Part shown: piece after piece, positions 30,291-39,284 of the stretch
How the letters are laid out: each line of letters starts with the position of its first letter
Numbering within the stretch: the stretch's first letter is position 1
Assembly: GCA_965199825.1 (NCBI GenBank)
Contig: OZ241329.1
Coordinates: forward strand, 224,001 to 288,000
Origin: Bdellovibrionales bacterium
GTDB lineage: Bacteria > Bdellovibrionota > Bdellovibrionia > Bdellovibrionales > UBA1609
Direction of reading: 5' to 3'
DNA length: 64,000 bases
Translations under genes and position numbers: made by a program
Notes under the pieces: generated by a model
The model's database searches: none
Told to the model about the DNA's origin: nothing
What the model saw: only the letters and a program-made list of their open reading frames with translations

Positions 30291-31293
30291 AGTTACTCAT
30301 CAATATTTGTTTAAATTTTTTAAGCTGCTCAAATTCTTCAGTATTCAAAGTCAATTCATGTTTGAGATCTAAGATCGCTTGATCCAAAAAAATCTCGGCA
30401 CTTTGACGTGCTTGTTTTAAAACTCCGGTCTGATCCAAATAATCTTTGACCTCTAAAAACGTCAGAGGCAGCTCGGCACACAATTTTTTAAATTGCGAAA
30501 ACTGCTCGGACGTCATCAGTCGTGCCGCTTGCGCGATAATATATCCCAGCCGTTTGAGTTTGAGATCTTCGGCCTTTTTGGCCGGATTGTGGAGCGAGGT
30601 CACGTTCCCGATATCATCAAACATTTGAAGGGCCATTCCCAAGCGCGAGCCCAAATCCTCGATGCAATCGGCGACTTTGGCGTTAGCTCCCGCAACGATC
30701 GCTCCAGCTTTTAAAGCAAACCCCGCAAGTACACCCGACTTGAGTTCAATGGTTGCAAGCGAGGCTTCATAAATTCGCTCTTGTTCTAATTCACTACTCA
30801 TCACACCCACATCAAGAGCTTGACCAAAATGCGCCCTCAACAAAGTGCGATGACACTCGTGCATCAGGAGTGAGCGGCTTTGATCCGAAATTTTTAAATT
30901 ATTAATTTTTTGAAAGGGCAAAAAATAAAGCCAGTTGGCCGCATTCAAAGCAATCGGCACACCAAAAAGAGTATGGACTGTGGGTCCCCCCCTGCGATTG
31001 GTGCTGCCATCTTCAATATCATCGACAATCAATGATCCCGCATGAAGGAGCTCAATAATTTCGCTCACGCTATAAATTAAATCTTCAGAAATCGATTGCT
31101 CAGACCGGGCCGCTCCCACCTGAAAGCCTAAGAACACAAGATCAGATCTTAAACTTTTTGCGGGTCGTGAGGTGATAGTTTCGATGGGTGAAAATAAAGA
31201 GCGATCAAATAGATCCTCGAGCTCAGCCTGATGTCTGAGTCCCAAAAGATCTTTAAGTTCTTGCCCCTTAGGAAAAAAGTTTTGAAGCCTCAT
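30283..31293 (-). CDS. crtE: Polyprenyl (GGPP) synthase
   Basis: ELLHAGSLIVDDIED...RRG and QMFDD aspartate-rich motifs; first gene of the crt operon. Confidence 0.88.
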   Translation of the reverse strand: MRLQNFFPKGQELKDLLGLRHQAELEDLFDRSLFSPIETITSRPAKSLRSDLVFLGFQVGAARSEQSISEDLIYSVSEIIELLHAGSLIVDDIEDGSTNRRGGPTVHTLFGVPIALNAANWLYFLPFQKINNLKISDQSRSLLMHECHRTLLRAHFGQALDVGVMSSELEQERIYEASLATIELKSGVLAGFALKAGAIVAGANAKVADCIEDLGSRLGMALQMFDDIGNVTSLHNPAKKAEDLKLKRLGYIIAQAARLMTSEQFSQFKKLCAELPLTFLEVKDYLDQTGVLKQARQSAEIFLDQAILDLKHELTLNTEEFEQLKKFKQILMSNYD

Positions 31294-31375
31294 GAGTGCT
31301 TCAAACTCATCTTTAACGAATCGGGATCGGTCATACTTGCTTGTCTAACGGACCTTGAACACAGTCAAGAAATGC

Positions 31376-32512
31376 TCAACTGTCCGAGATATTAAAAAAC
31401 GAATTGTTGAGCAGCCTTAGGCAATTTGAAACACGCAAGGGCTCGCCGTGCTTTAAAACAGTATTAGACACCTTTGGCAGCTGTGCTCTTAAAGCTTGAA
31501 AGTCGCGATTGATCCAGTAATCGCGATCTTGGGCATAGCCCCACCATTTGATGCCATTAAAAAAATCATTCGTCTCTGTAACAGAAAAAATGGCGTTACG
31601 CGGATCCGTATGACTTTTGTAAAGCCGAATTGCCGACCACATCTCTTTTGTTTTGTTTAAATCAAAGTCCTGAAATTCGGTTAAGGTTATCAAGCGTTCA
31701 ATATGCCGCCACATCCGATCAAAATAAATCAGAGCCACAAAATGACTATGATACTCAAACCGACTTGTGATGTTGCCTTCTTTTTTTACCGAATTCAAAA
31801 TCGACATGGGCTCAAACCCGTGAGAGAAAAATTTTGATTTATGACCCAAGCTCGCAAATTTTTTAAGCTCAAATGAATCAATCAATGCGTAATACTTGTC
31901 ATCTTTATCAACCAAAAACCACGCGGGCGCAAAACCGGGCTGAGTTTTAGCCTGATCTGTAAATTGATTATTTTTATAAACAATTCTCATTTCTTGCAGA
32001 TCCCGCACTGTCAATAGCCGTTCGCCTGCCATGACGGTTGGAGGAGTTAGCGTATCTGGCTCAGCCGGTCGAATATAAATTGGATAAAATTTAACCAACA
32101 CATTGAGGGCTTGCCATAAGTTTTGAATTTGAACTCCATGAAGCCCGCTTAAAAGATTTTGCTTATTTGTGGCAAAATCAAGGATGCGCTCAGGGCCCTC
32201 AATCAAAACTTTCTTTTGTTTTTTAAAATCGTCTTCAATTGCAGCAACGTATTTTTCAAAATAAGTGCGTCCGTAGCTACTCACCTCATGAGCGAAAAGC
32301 TCATGACCGAATTTGCTTAAGAGCGCAGGATCCAACTTGTAAGTTTGATTAAAAATCTTTGAAGCTCCTCGATATTTCGGCTGTGGTGAAAGCAGCAAAT
32401 CCCATAAAACTTTGGTGGACATATCGAGCTGAGCTGACGCTTCGATGGGTTGAGGCATCGAAGCCGACGCAGAAATACAAAAAAAACTAAAAGCCAGAAA
32501 TAATTTGATCAT
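31376..32512 (-). CDS. Secreted hypothetical protein
   Basis: 378 aa ORF, signal peptide (ASA|SM), C-terminal NCLRLL. Confidence 0.75.
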   Translation of the reverse strand: MIKLFLAFSFFCISASASMPQPIEASAQLDMSTKVLWDLLLSPQPKYRGASKIFNQTYKLDPALLSKFGHELFAHEVSSYGRTYFEKYVAAIEDDFKKQKKVLIEGPERILDFATNKQNLLSGLHGVQIQNLWQALNVLVKFYPIYIRPAEPDTLTPPTVMAGERLLTVRDLQEMRIVYKNNQFTDQAKTQPGFAPAWFLVDKDDKYYALIDSFELKKFASLGHKSKFFSHGFEPMSILNSVKKEGNITSRFEYHSHFVALIYFDRMWRHIERLITLTEFQDFDLNKTKEMWSAIRLYKSHTDPRNAIFSVTETNDFFNGIKWWGYAQDRDYWINRDFQALRAQLPKVSNTVLKHGEPLRVSNCLRLLNNSFFNISDS

Positions 32513-32772
32513 GGGTTGAGCTTGTAACCAGACTTTTTTAATAATTCAACGATTAGTAAGCAATCGCTTGGCAGCTTTGAAAAGATGATTTGCGGTGGTG
32601 GTTCTCTGATAGCGTTTAACCCGCTGCTCGGTAGGCCTCGTGTGCGACTGACTTTTTGTGGATAGCTTCCTGGATTGGGAGGTTCGGCACAGGGAACAGC
32701 TCAGCGAATAGTTAATTTAACCAAGTGGTTCCAATTTCTTTTCGGTGTAATTAAATGACTATTTCCAAAACT

Positions 32773-33591
32773 TTAGTGAACGATGGTATGGCGGGCACGA
32801 TGGTGTCCCGCGCACAAGAGTGTGAGATTGGTGATGTCATGAGTGCCTCCCTCGGACCTCGGTTTTATATGATGAATATCCAAATGTCTTTTCTGCGGGC
32901 AACGCTCCCCCTTTTTGTTGATATACGTGCACTGACCTTGGCAGTTGTGATGAACTTGCCTTTTTTTAATTGGCGACAAAGTGTCGGAATTTTTAGGCGG
33001 GCACGATTTTATAAGCGGATCCAATTCCTTATGAAGGTGATCGACCGCGGTGCTGCAAACATCATAGTTAGTGGCGGGTCGTTTTAGTTTTTGGCTTAAA
33101 AGATCTTTGGTGCGCTCAAAGGTTTTAAATTCTTCTTCTGTCAGTGTATAAGAAATTTCGATTCTCACAGTGTCGCCAGCTTTACAGTATCGTGCCCGCT
33201 CAGGAATCGCTTTGTCGGGCTGAGCTTTAGCGATCTGTTTTTCTAAATTTCGCTTTGGGCCTTGGGCGATTGGAATCCAAACATCGCAATTTTCCTTAGT
33301 GATCACACTACAGACGCGATTGCCCTTAGAAACAGAAATCTCGCCCGATGCGATCTGAGCCTTAAGCTCAGGCACTTCAATAAATTTCTTGGCGAGTTTA
33401 TTGTAGATGCTTGCGAGCTCTTCAGAAAGTTTGAGCTGTTGGGTCGAGTATTCAAAAAGAGAGCTGCAGCCATATTGATAAAATGTTTTGTTGCGCCAAA
33501 TTTCTTCAAGAGCGCTCAGCAATTCCATTTCGGCTTTGCGATGGTTGGCGGCAGCAGTAATGGCGTTTGAATGTCTGCGAGCGTGATCCAT
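32773..33591 (-). CDS. HNH endonuclease with helical (DUF222-like) N-terminal region
   Basis: C-terminal C-x9-C...DIHHIKPRSEGGTHDITNLTLLCAGHH HNH motif; N-terminal GCSSLFEY...LKLSEE; AGGAG SD. Confidence 0.9.
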   Translation of the reverse strand: MDHARRHSNAITAAANHRKAEMELLSALEEIWRNKTFYQYGCSSLFEYSTQQLKLSEELASIYNKLAKKFIEVPELKAQIASGEISVSKGNRVCSVITKENCDVWIPIAQGPKRNLEKQIAKAQPDKAIPERARYCKAGDTVRIEISYTLTEEEFKTFERTKDLLSQKLKRPATNYDVCSTAVDHLHKELDPLIKSCPPKNSDTLSPIKKRQVHHNCQGQCTYINKKGERCPQKRHLDIHHIKPRSEGGTHDITNLTLLCAGHHRARHTIVH

Positions 33592-33823
33592 AAATATCTC
33601 CTATTTAGATAATGTAACACGAGTTTTCGAAAGGCTTTTTCATGTTGAGTACTGATGGCCATTAGTGCCGCTGTCGTGCATTCTTTTTTGGCTGAGAATC
33701 TTGTTGTAAGGAGCTTTTAATCTTAAAAAGACCATCACCATGGCTAATTGGCTTGATCGACATTTGAGTGGGCATAAAAAACCTGTCAAACAAATTTTAT
33801 TTTTTTCTTATTGTTTAGTTGAG

Positions 33824-34060
33824 GAGCGGGCACGACACCTTGAGCGGGCACGACACCTTGAGCGGGCACGACATTTTGAGCGGGCACGACCAACTTTGAG
33901 TGGGCACGACAACATTGAACGGGCACGACAACATTGAGCGGGCACGACACTTTGAGCGGGCACGACAACCTTGAGCGGGCACGACAACCTTAAGCGGGCA
34001 CGACAACCTTAAGCGGGCACGACACTTTGAGCGGCCACGACAACTCTAAGCGGGCACGAC
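33824..34060 (-). repeat. Tandem array of 13 copies of GTCGTGCCCGCT (minus strand), period 18-20 bp
   Basis: Plus strand reads (G/A)AGCGGGCACGAC plus a 5-7 nt linker. Copies start at 33824, 33842, 33860, 33878, 33898, 33917, 33936, 33954, 33973, 33992, 34011, 34029 and 34048. Confidence 0.97.
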
Positions 34061-34133
34061 CAACTCAAGAACAAAACTCAATCAAGCCAAACAACCTACC
34101 AGATAAAACCAAATATAAAGGCATAAAACATCG

Positions 34134-34961
34134 TTAGATAGGTGCAGGGTAAGAAGCCAGTATCCAGTCTTCCAATAAACCCGCACGCTCATACTGCAAA
34201 TATTTTTTGATTGTTTCTCGCATGCGCTGAGCTGGGCGATTCAAAAGGTGTAAGGTGCAATCATCAAGAAGAGCGTTATTTAAAATTTCAAGATTTAGGC
34301 TCATCCGAGTTTTAAAGATCCATTCCTGGGCGCTTAAGACCTCGACACCGTTTTTACCTAATCCCAGATACTGATCCTGATCCACCCGAATCAACCACTG
34401 CGATTTGTTTCTTAAAGGAGCTTGAATCAAAAATTGAAAAGCTTGAGGATGATTTATTTTAATCTGCGCAAAATCGATTTCAAAAAGTTCGGCCGCAAGA
34501 TGCGGCATAAGAAAAGCACCATCAAATAATTTTTGTTTAGGCTCATATATGCGGTTGTTGAGAATCATGGCCGCAACTTGAGCAAAAAAAGCTCCATCAA
34601 GAAGAACTTTTCCCTGCACCTTTTTGATATTTTTCAAATAAGACAATACGGGCCGACGAAAGTACAGCAACTGCACCCCACCAATTTTTTGAATTTCGGC
34701 ACTGCGATAGAAAAAAGCGTTGTGGTTATCTTCGCCATTCCACAATTCAAATTGAAATCCCAAGCTTTCAATCTTGCCTAAGGCGGTAGCTGGAAACATT
34801 TGCTCGGCCGATAAGTTAAAACCTAAGCACAGCAAAGCAAAGAGTGTCACCAGCTTCAAGTTTTTCAGATCGACCCCCTTCAACCGGGATCTCACCATTG
34901 TGTTTTGATTTTGCAAAGCTAAAAATGAATCAAACGCCGAATCGAACTCAACCTTTTGCAA
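34134..34961 (-). CDS. Hypothetical protein, probably secreted (true start may be ~30 codons downstream)
   Basis: 275 aa ORF with an internal signal-like stretch KLVTLFALLCLGFNLSA. Confidence 0.6.
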   Translation of the reverse strand: MQKVEFDSAFDSFLALQNQNTMVRSRLKGVDLKNLKLVTLFALLCLGFNLSAEQMFPATALGKIESLGFQFELWNGEDNHNAFFYRSAEIQKIGGVQLLYFRRPVLSYLKNIKKVQGKVLLDGAFFAQVAAMILNNRIYEPKQKLFDGAFLMPHLAAELFEIDFAQIKINHPQAFQFLIQAPLRNKSQWLIRVDQDQYLGLGKNGVEVLSAQEWIFKTRMSLNLEILNNALLDDCTLHLLNRPAQRMRETIKKYLQYERAGLLEDWILASYPAPI

Positions 34962-36351
34962 TCTCCCGCGCAGCTCTCAAACCCGACGCCGCAGCCGAAT
35001 TCATAAATCCTCCCGAATCAAGATCTGCGTGTTCACCCGCAAACAACAATCGACCATTCAATTCTGAAAGCGGCATCACATTTTGAAATCGTGTGACGTC
35101 CCCAATCCCATAGGCGAAGTAGGCCCCTTTACTCAGAGGTTGAGTTGCCCAATTCCAGGTGAGGGCATTGCCGTCAGGCTCAAGCCCAGAAAATATTTGT
35201 TTGTCGGCTCCCAAATACAGTGGCTGCTGCTCGGGTTTTAAAGCTAAGCCCGCCTTGCCGCCCACAAAATTTGTAAGCAAACCCGACTTCCCTTTTTGTG
35301 TCCTTCCGCTGTCGTAACAATTTTGGGATTGCAGATCACTGTAGACCATCCCATTTGATTTTTTGCCGCTCACCATCCACTCATGATTTTTGAAACCCAA
35401 AATCACTTTGCCTGAAGTGTTGTAGGTGCAATTTAATATACAATCTTTTTTGGTGGGTCTGAGATTGAGCTTTTTGATTCCCTCCACATATCTCAAGACC
35501 GAAAACGGCAACGTGCAAATCACCCGGTGAAAAGATTTTTGCTTTCCATTTTCAAACGAGAATTTGAGGTGAGTTGCGGTCTCTTCTATTTTGGAAACAT
35601 GATGATTCAAATAAATTGATTTTTTATTTAGAGCTTCACTGATTGCCTCAATTAATTTTGTTGAGCCGCCCCGAATACAATAGGCTTGGTCGCTCTCGCC
35701 ATAAATAGAAAATGGCTTTTCGGGATCGCTCCCAATACTTTGCAGCAGTGTCAGAGCTGACGCCTGATCGAGATCAATCCCCGCTTCGCTTGTCATTGCC
35801 ATAGCCAAAAATTGGATAAACCATTTTTCGGTCATTTCTGAAAATCCACTCAAGTATTTTTCTAACGGCAGACGATCAAACTTTTTTAAAATTGCCGGCT
35901 GATCCAAACTCAAAACATCTTTGCGAATTAATCCCGAAATCGATTTGTAAGCTTTTGCTGCATCTTGATCTGTGTAAGCCTGATGATTAAAAAAATAAAT
36001 ATTGGGCTCGAGCCCTTTTTGATGATCGGCGTATTTATCAAGTGGGATCTTAAAGTTCTCACACAGATGTCGAATTGCATGGTGATTGCTATCAACAAAT
36101 TCACCACCTAAGTCCACACACATTTTGTCGCTGTTGAAGTTGGGGACGGTCAAAATTCTTCCACCCAAGCGCGATGCCGCCTCATAGATCCCAACAGAAT
36201 AGCCTTTGCGGTGAAGCTCAAGTGCAGCGGTGAGACCCGCTATTCCTCCACCTAATATGGCGATGGGTTTTTGTGTAGCCGCTTCAAGATAGCGCAGCGA
36301 AATGGGAAGTAAGGCGGCCGATGTTAAAAATTGCCGACGGGTCAGTTTCAT
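34948..36351 (-). CDS. Tat-exported flavin monoamine/amino-acid oxidase
   Basis: TRRQFL twin-arginine signal; GGGIAGL, RLGGR, DLGGEF and FAGEH...GFMNSA motifs. Confidence 0.9.
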   Translation of the reverse strand: MKLTRRQFLTSAALLPISLRYLEAATQKPIAILGGGIAGLTAALELHRKGYSVGIYEAASRLGGRILTVPNFNSDKMCVDLGGEFVDSNHHAIRHLCENFKIPLDKYADHQKGLEPNIYFFNHQAYTDQDAAKAYKSISGLIRKDVLSLDQPAILKKFDRLPLEKYLSGFSEMTEKWFIQFLAMAMTSEAGIDLDQASALTLLQSIGSDPEKPFSIYGESDQAYCIRGGSTKLIEAISEALNKKSIYLNHHVSKIEETATHLKFSFENGKQKSFHRVICTLPFSVLRYVEGIKKLNLRPTKKDCILNCTYNTSGKVILGFKNHEWMVSGKKSNGMVYSDLQSQNCYDSGRTQKGKSGLLTNFVGGKAGLALKPEQQPLYLGADKQIFSGLEPDGNALTWNWATQPLSKGAYFAYGIGDVTRFQNVMPLSELNGRLLFAGEHADLDSGGFMNSAAASGLRAAREIAKG

Positions 36352-36388
36352 AACTTCAAAAGATACCAGCTCAATAAAAAAAGCTATT

Positions 36389-36946
36389 TTATTTTTTAGA
36401 CATCAATTGAGCCGCAAGCTGAATAAATTCTTCGGCATACTCTTCATCAAGACTGCCAATAATTTGGGTCGAAAGATTTAGAGCAATCGAGAGCACCCCA
36501 ACAAATTTACTTAAATCTTTGCGCCAACCTTGGATCTGCACCCCATCCTTGTGAAATTTGGCAAGCTCTTCGCGAAATTCTGAACTGACCAGGGCCTGGG
36601 TTAATATCACTCGCATCAATTTTTTATGCTTTTTAACAAAGTCGTAACGCGTACGAAGGTAGTGGGCCACTTCGTCGCCGATGTTTTCACCTTTATAGGC
36701 AAGGTGCTGTTGCGAGGTCTGCTCACGAAAGGAATTGAGCAAAGCAATTAACAATCCCATCTTGCCGCCAAAATATCTTTGGATCAGCGAGTCGTTCACA
36801 TCGGCCTTTAACGCAATTGCCCGAGTGGTTGCTCCCTCGTAGCCACATTTTGAGAAAATATCTAACGCGGCCTTTAACAAACGCTTTTCGCTATCTTCCT
36901 TGTCATATTTTTTACGGAGCTTCACATTTATCCCCTTTTGATTCAT
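36389..36946 (-). CDS. TetR-family transcriptional regulator
   Basis: LLKAALDIFSKCGYEGATTRAIA...LIQRYFGGK HTH; divergent from the efflux operon. Confidence 0.92.
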   Translation of the reverse strand: MNQKGINVKLRKKYDKEDSEKRLLKAALDIFSKCGYEGATTRAIALKADVNDSLIQRYFGGKMGLLIALLNSFREQTSQQHLAYKGENIGDEVAHYLRTRYDFVKKHKKLMRVILTQALVSSEFREELAKFHKDGVQIQGWRKDLSKFVGVLSIALNLSTQIIGSLDEEYAEEFIQLAAQLMSKK

Positions 36947-36979
36947 CTTGTATCATTATCGGTCCACATTCAAATTTTT

Positions 36980-37043
36980 GTAAGCAAGCGCTTGATTTTC
37001 GATCTTTTGACGCCGACAATAGATTGTAAGCAATTGATTACAA
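36980..37043. promoter_or_regulatory. Two palindromic candidate TetR operators
   Basis: AAGCAAGCGCTTGATT (36982-36997) and TTGTAAGCAATTGATTACAA (37024-37043) lie between the divergent tetR and tolC-like genes. Confidence 0.65.
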
Positions 37044-37056
37044 ACCGGAGTTGATC

Positions 37057-38364
37057 ATGAGCGCATCTTTGATACTCGCATTCTTTTTAAGCTTTGCTTT
37101 CGCCAATGAAAGCCAACCGTTTTTGACATTGGATGAAGCCTTACAAGAGTCGCTTCACCAATCTCCGGATATTCAAAAATTAGAGGCTCATCGTTCGGCC
37201 GTCGCATGGAAACATTTTGAAGCATTGGGCACCGGATTTTTGCCCAAACTCTCCCTCGATGCTCATCACTTTTTTGATGAGAAATATTCGTACACCACGA
37301 TCAATTTTGGCGGCAGCCCCACTCCATTTGCCGGATTTTACCCCGCCAACGAAGCCACTCTTAAAGCAAGCATTCCGATCTTTGATGGTTTTAGCAGTAT
37401 GAAAATGCTTAGTGCATCGGCGCTCGAAAAAGAAGCCGCAACCGCGCAGCTCGATTTTGCCCAGTTTCAATTGCGTCAAGAAGTGCGCCTCGCATTTTTT
37501 AGAGCACTTGCCGCAAGCGAACTTCAAAATGTGGCCCAACAAAACGTCACCACACTCGAAGATCATTTAAAACAAGTCGACAATCAAAAAAAGGGTGGCG
37601 TGGCCACAAGCTATGATCTTTTACGAGTGCAAGTGCAGCTGAGTGAAGCACGTGCCGATGCCATCGATGCCGAAGACAACGTGATTATCGCCCGAAAAAA
37701 ATTGACTCAATTGATGGGTCAAGAGGTGGATCAAAGAAATCTGATGGGTCAACTTCCGGTTCCCGAAACCCAAAAAGTAAAAGACTTGAAATGGGAAGCC
37801 ACGGTTAAAGATCGAAAAGATTTGCAAGCGATGAACTATCAAGCCCAAGCCGCAGCCAAAGAACATGATGCGGCAAGTACTTGGCTCGTCCCATCGATTT
37901 ATCTTGGTGGCCAGTATGGATTTTATGAATCACAAATTGTTGATAGCTCTGTCCACAACACTGGCAATTATAAAAATGCCTATAATGTTGGTGTTTACAT
38001 GCGATGGAATTTGTTTGATGGCGGCGTGAGTCTCGCAAAAGCCAAAGAGGCAGCCTTTCGTCAAGTCGAGTCCGAACGCGCTGTGCAATCAGCTCAGCTC
38101 CAAGTTCCCACCGATTTTGAATATTGGAAGCGCCGATTTTTGAGTAATTCTGATCATTACACTTCTAAAAAATTCGATATCGACCGATCAAAGGAGAGTG
38201 TTCGACTTGCAAAAGAAGAACAACGCGCCGGAACAAGAACCAGCACCGAGACTCTCGATGCTGAACTTGATTTGTTTCGTGCACGAGCGGGAGTGGTCAA
38301 TGCCCTCCTGAATTCAGCCGAAGCAAAAATACGACTCGAACAAGCCTTAGGAAGGGAAATATAA
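37057..38364 (+). CDS. TolC-family outer membrane efflux protein
   Basis: Signal peptide; LTLDEAL...SPDI, FLPKLSL, WNLFDGG and GTRT..E.LDAE motifs. Confidence 0.92.
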   Translation: MSASLILAFFLSFAFANESQPFLTLDEALQESLHQSPDIQKLEAHRSAVAWKHFEALGTGFLPKLSLDAHHFFDEKYSYTTINFGGSPTPFAGFYPANEATLKASIPIFDGFSSMKMLSASALEKEAATAQLDFAQFQLRQEVRLAFFRALAASELQNVAQQNVTTLEDHLKQVDNQKKGGVATSYDLLRVQVQLSEARADAIDAEDNVIIARKKLTQLMGQEVDQRNLMGQLPVPETQKVKDLKWEATVKDRKDLQAMNYQAQAAAKEHDAASTWLVPSIYLGGQYGFYESQIVDSSVHNTGNYKNAYNVGVYMRWNLFDGGVSLAKAKEAAFRQVESERAVQSAQLQVPTDFEYWKRRFLSNSDHYTSKKFDIDRSKESVRLAKEEQRAGTRTSTETLDAELDLFRARAGVVNALLNSAEAKIRLEQALGREI

Positions 38365-38365
38365 A

Positions 38366-39274
38366 GTGGCCACCATGAACGCAATTCCAACACCAAAAGA
38401 AGATCCAATCAGCCCACCAAAGTCGAACACTCGACGCAATCAACTTCTCACAGTAGTGGGACTGTTGCTGGTTGCTGGCGGATGTTATTTTGTTTACGAC
38501 GCCTACTTTTTTGTCTCCACCGACAATGCGATGGTGCAGGCCCAAACCACTTTGCTTTCAGCACGTGTGGGCGGCTTGATCGTCAAAGCCGAAGTTAAAG
38601 AAAATCAAAAAGTGAAAAAGGGCGATGTGCTGGTTGAAATCAAAGCCGAAGACTATCAAGCCATGGTTGATCTTTCTTCTTCTGATCATGGATCACTTGC
38701 CGATCAGGTACATGGTGCAGAAATCAACTATCGCCGAACACTTGATCTTTTGCATAAAGGGGCTTCAACCCAAGAGCGTCTTGATGCGGTCGAAACCCAA
38801 TACCGCAGTTTAAAAAATAAATTAAAAGCATCCGAAGCCCTAATGACCACGGCCTCTTTAAATTTAGGCTACACAAAAATCACCGCACCTGCAGATGGTG
38901 TGATTGGTAGAAAATCTTTTGAAGTGGGAATGCTCGCAAGTCCAGGTCAACCGCTCTTAGGTTTTGTTGAGGGCAATGAGCGCTGGGTTGTCGCAAATTT
39001 AAAAGAAACCGACATGGACCATATTGTTCCAGGAAATAAAGCTAAAGTCAGCGTTGACGCTATCTCTGGTCGAGAATTTGAGGGCGAAGTCGAAAGCATT
39101 AGCCCCACCACGGGCGCCACATTTTCGTTACTTCCTCCCGATAACGCCACGGGAAATTTCACAAAAGTTGTGCAACGAGTTCCTGTTCGCATTAAGCTTT
39201 TAAACTTAAGCGAAAAAGATATCGATCGTTTACAATCCGGCCTCTCAGCCGAAGTAAAGATTCGAGTTCACTAA
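38366..39274 (+). CDS. emrA: EmrA/HlyD-family membrane fusion protein
   Basis: STDNA.V and TGATFSLLPPDNATGNFTKVVQRVPVRI motifs. Confidence 0.93.
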   Translation: MATMNAIPTPKEDPISPPKSNTRRNQLLTVVGLLLVAGGCYFVYDAYFFVSTDNAMVQAQTTLLSARVGGLIVKAEVKENQKVKKGDVLVEIKAEDYQAMVDLSSSDHGSLADQVHGAEINYRRTLDLLHKGASTQERLDAVETQYRSLKNKLKASEALMTTASLNLGYTKITAPADGVIGRKSFEVGMLASPGQPLLGFVEGNERWVVANLKETDMDHIVPGNKAKVSVDAISGREFEGEVESISPTTGATFSLLPPDNATGNFTKVVQRVPVRIKLLNLSEKDIDRLQSGLSAEVKIRVH

Positions 39275-39284
39275 AGGAACTTAA

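Noticed and set aside
32714..32735. TTTAACCAA...TTCCAA similarity to the 135 bp spacer of the left locus
   Set aside because: Short, gapped and AT-rich; compatible with chance.
33824..34060. CRISPR array or TIGR-like guide array
   Set aside because: Linkers are only 5-7 nt and low in diversity (ACCTT, AACATT, ACTTT); I see no box C/D motifs or Nop-domain gene.
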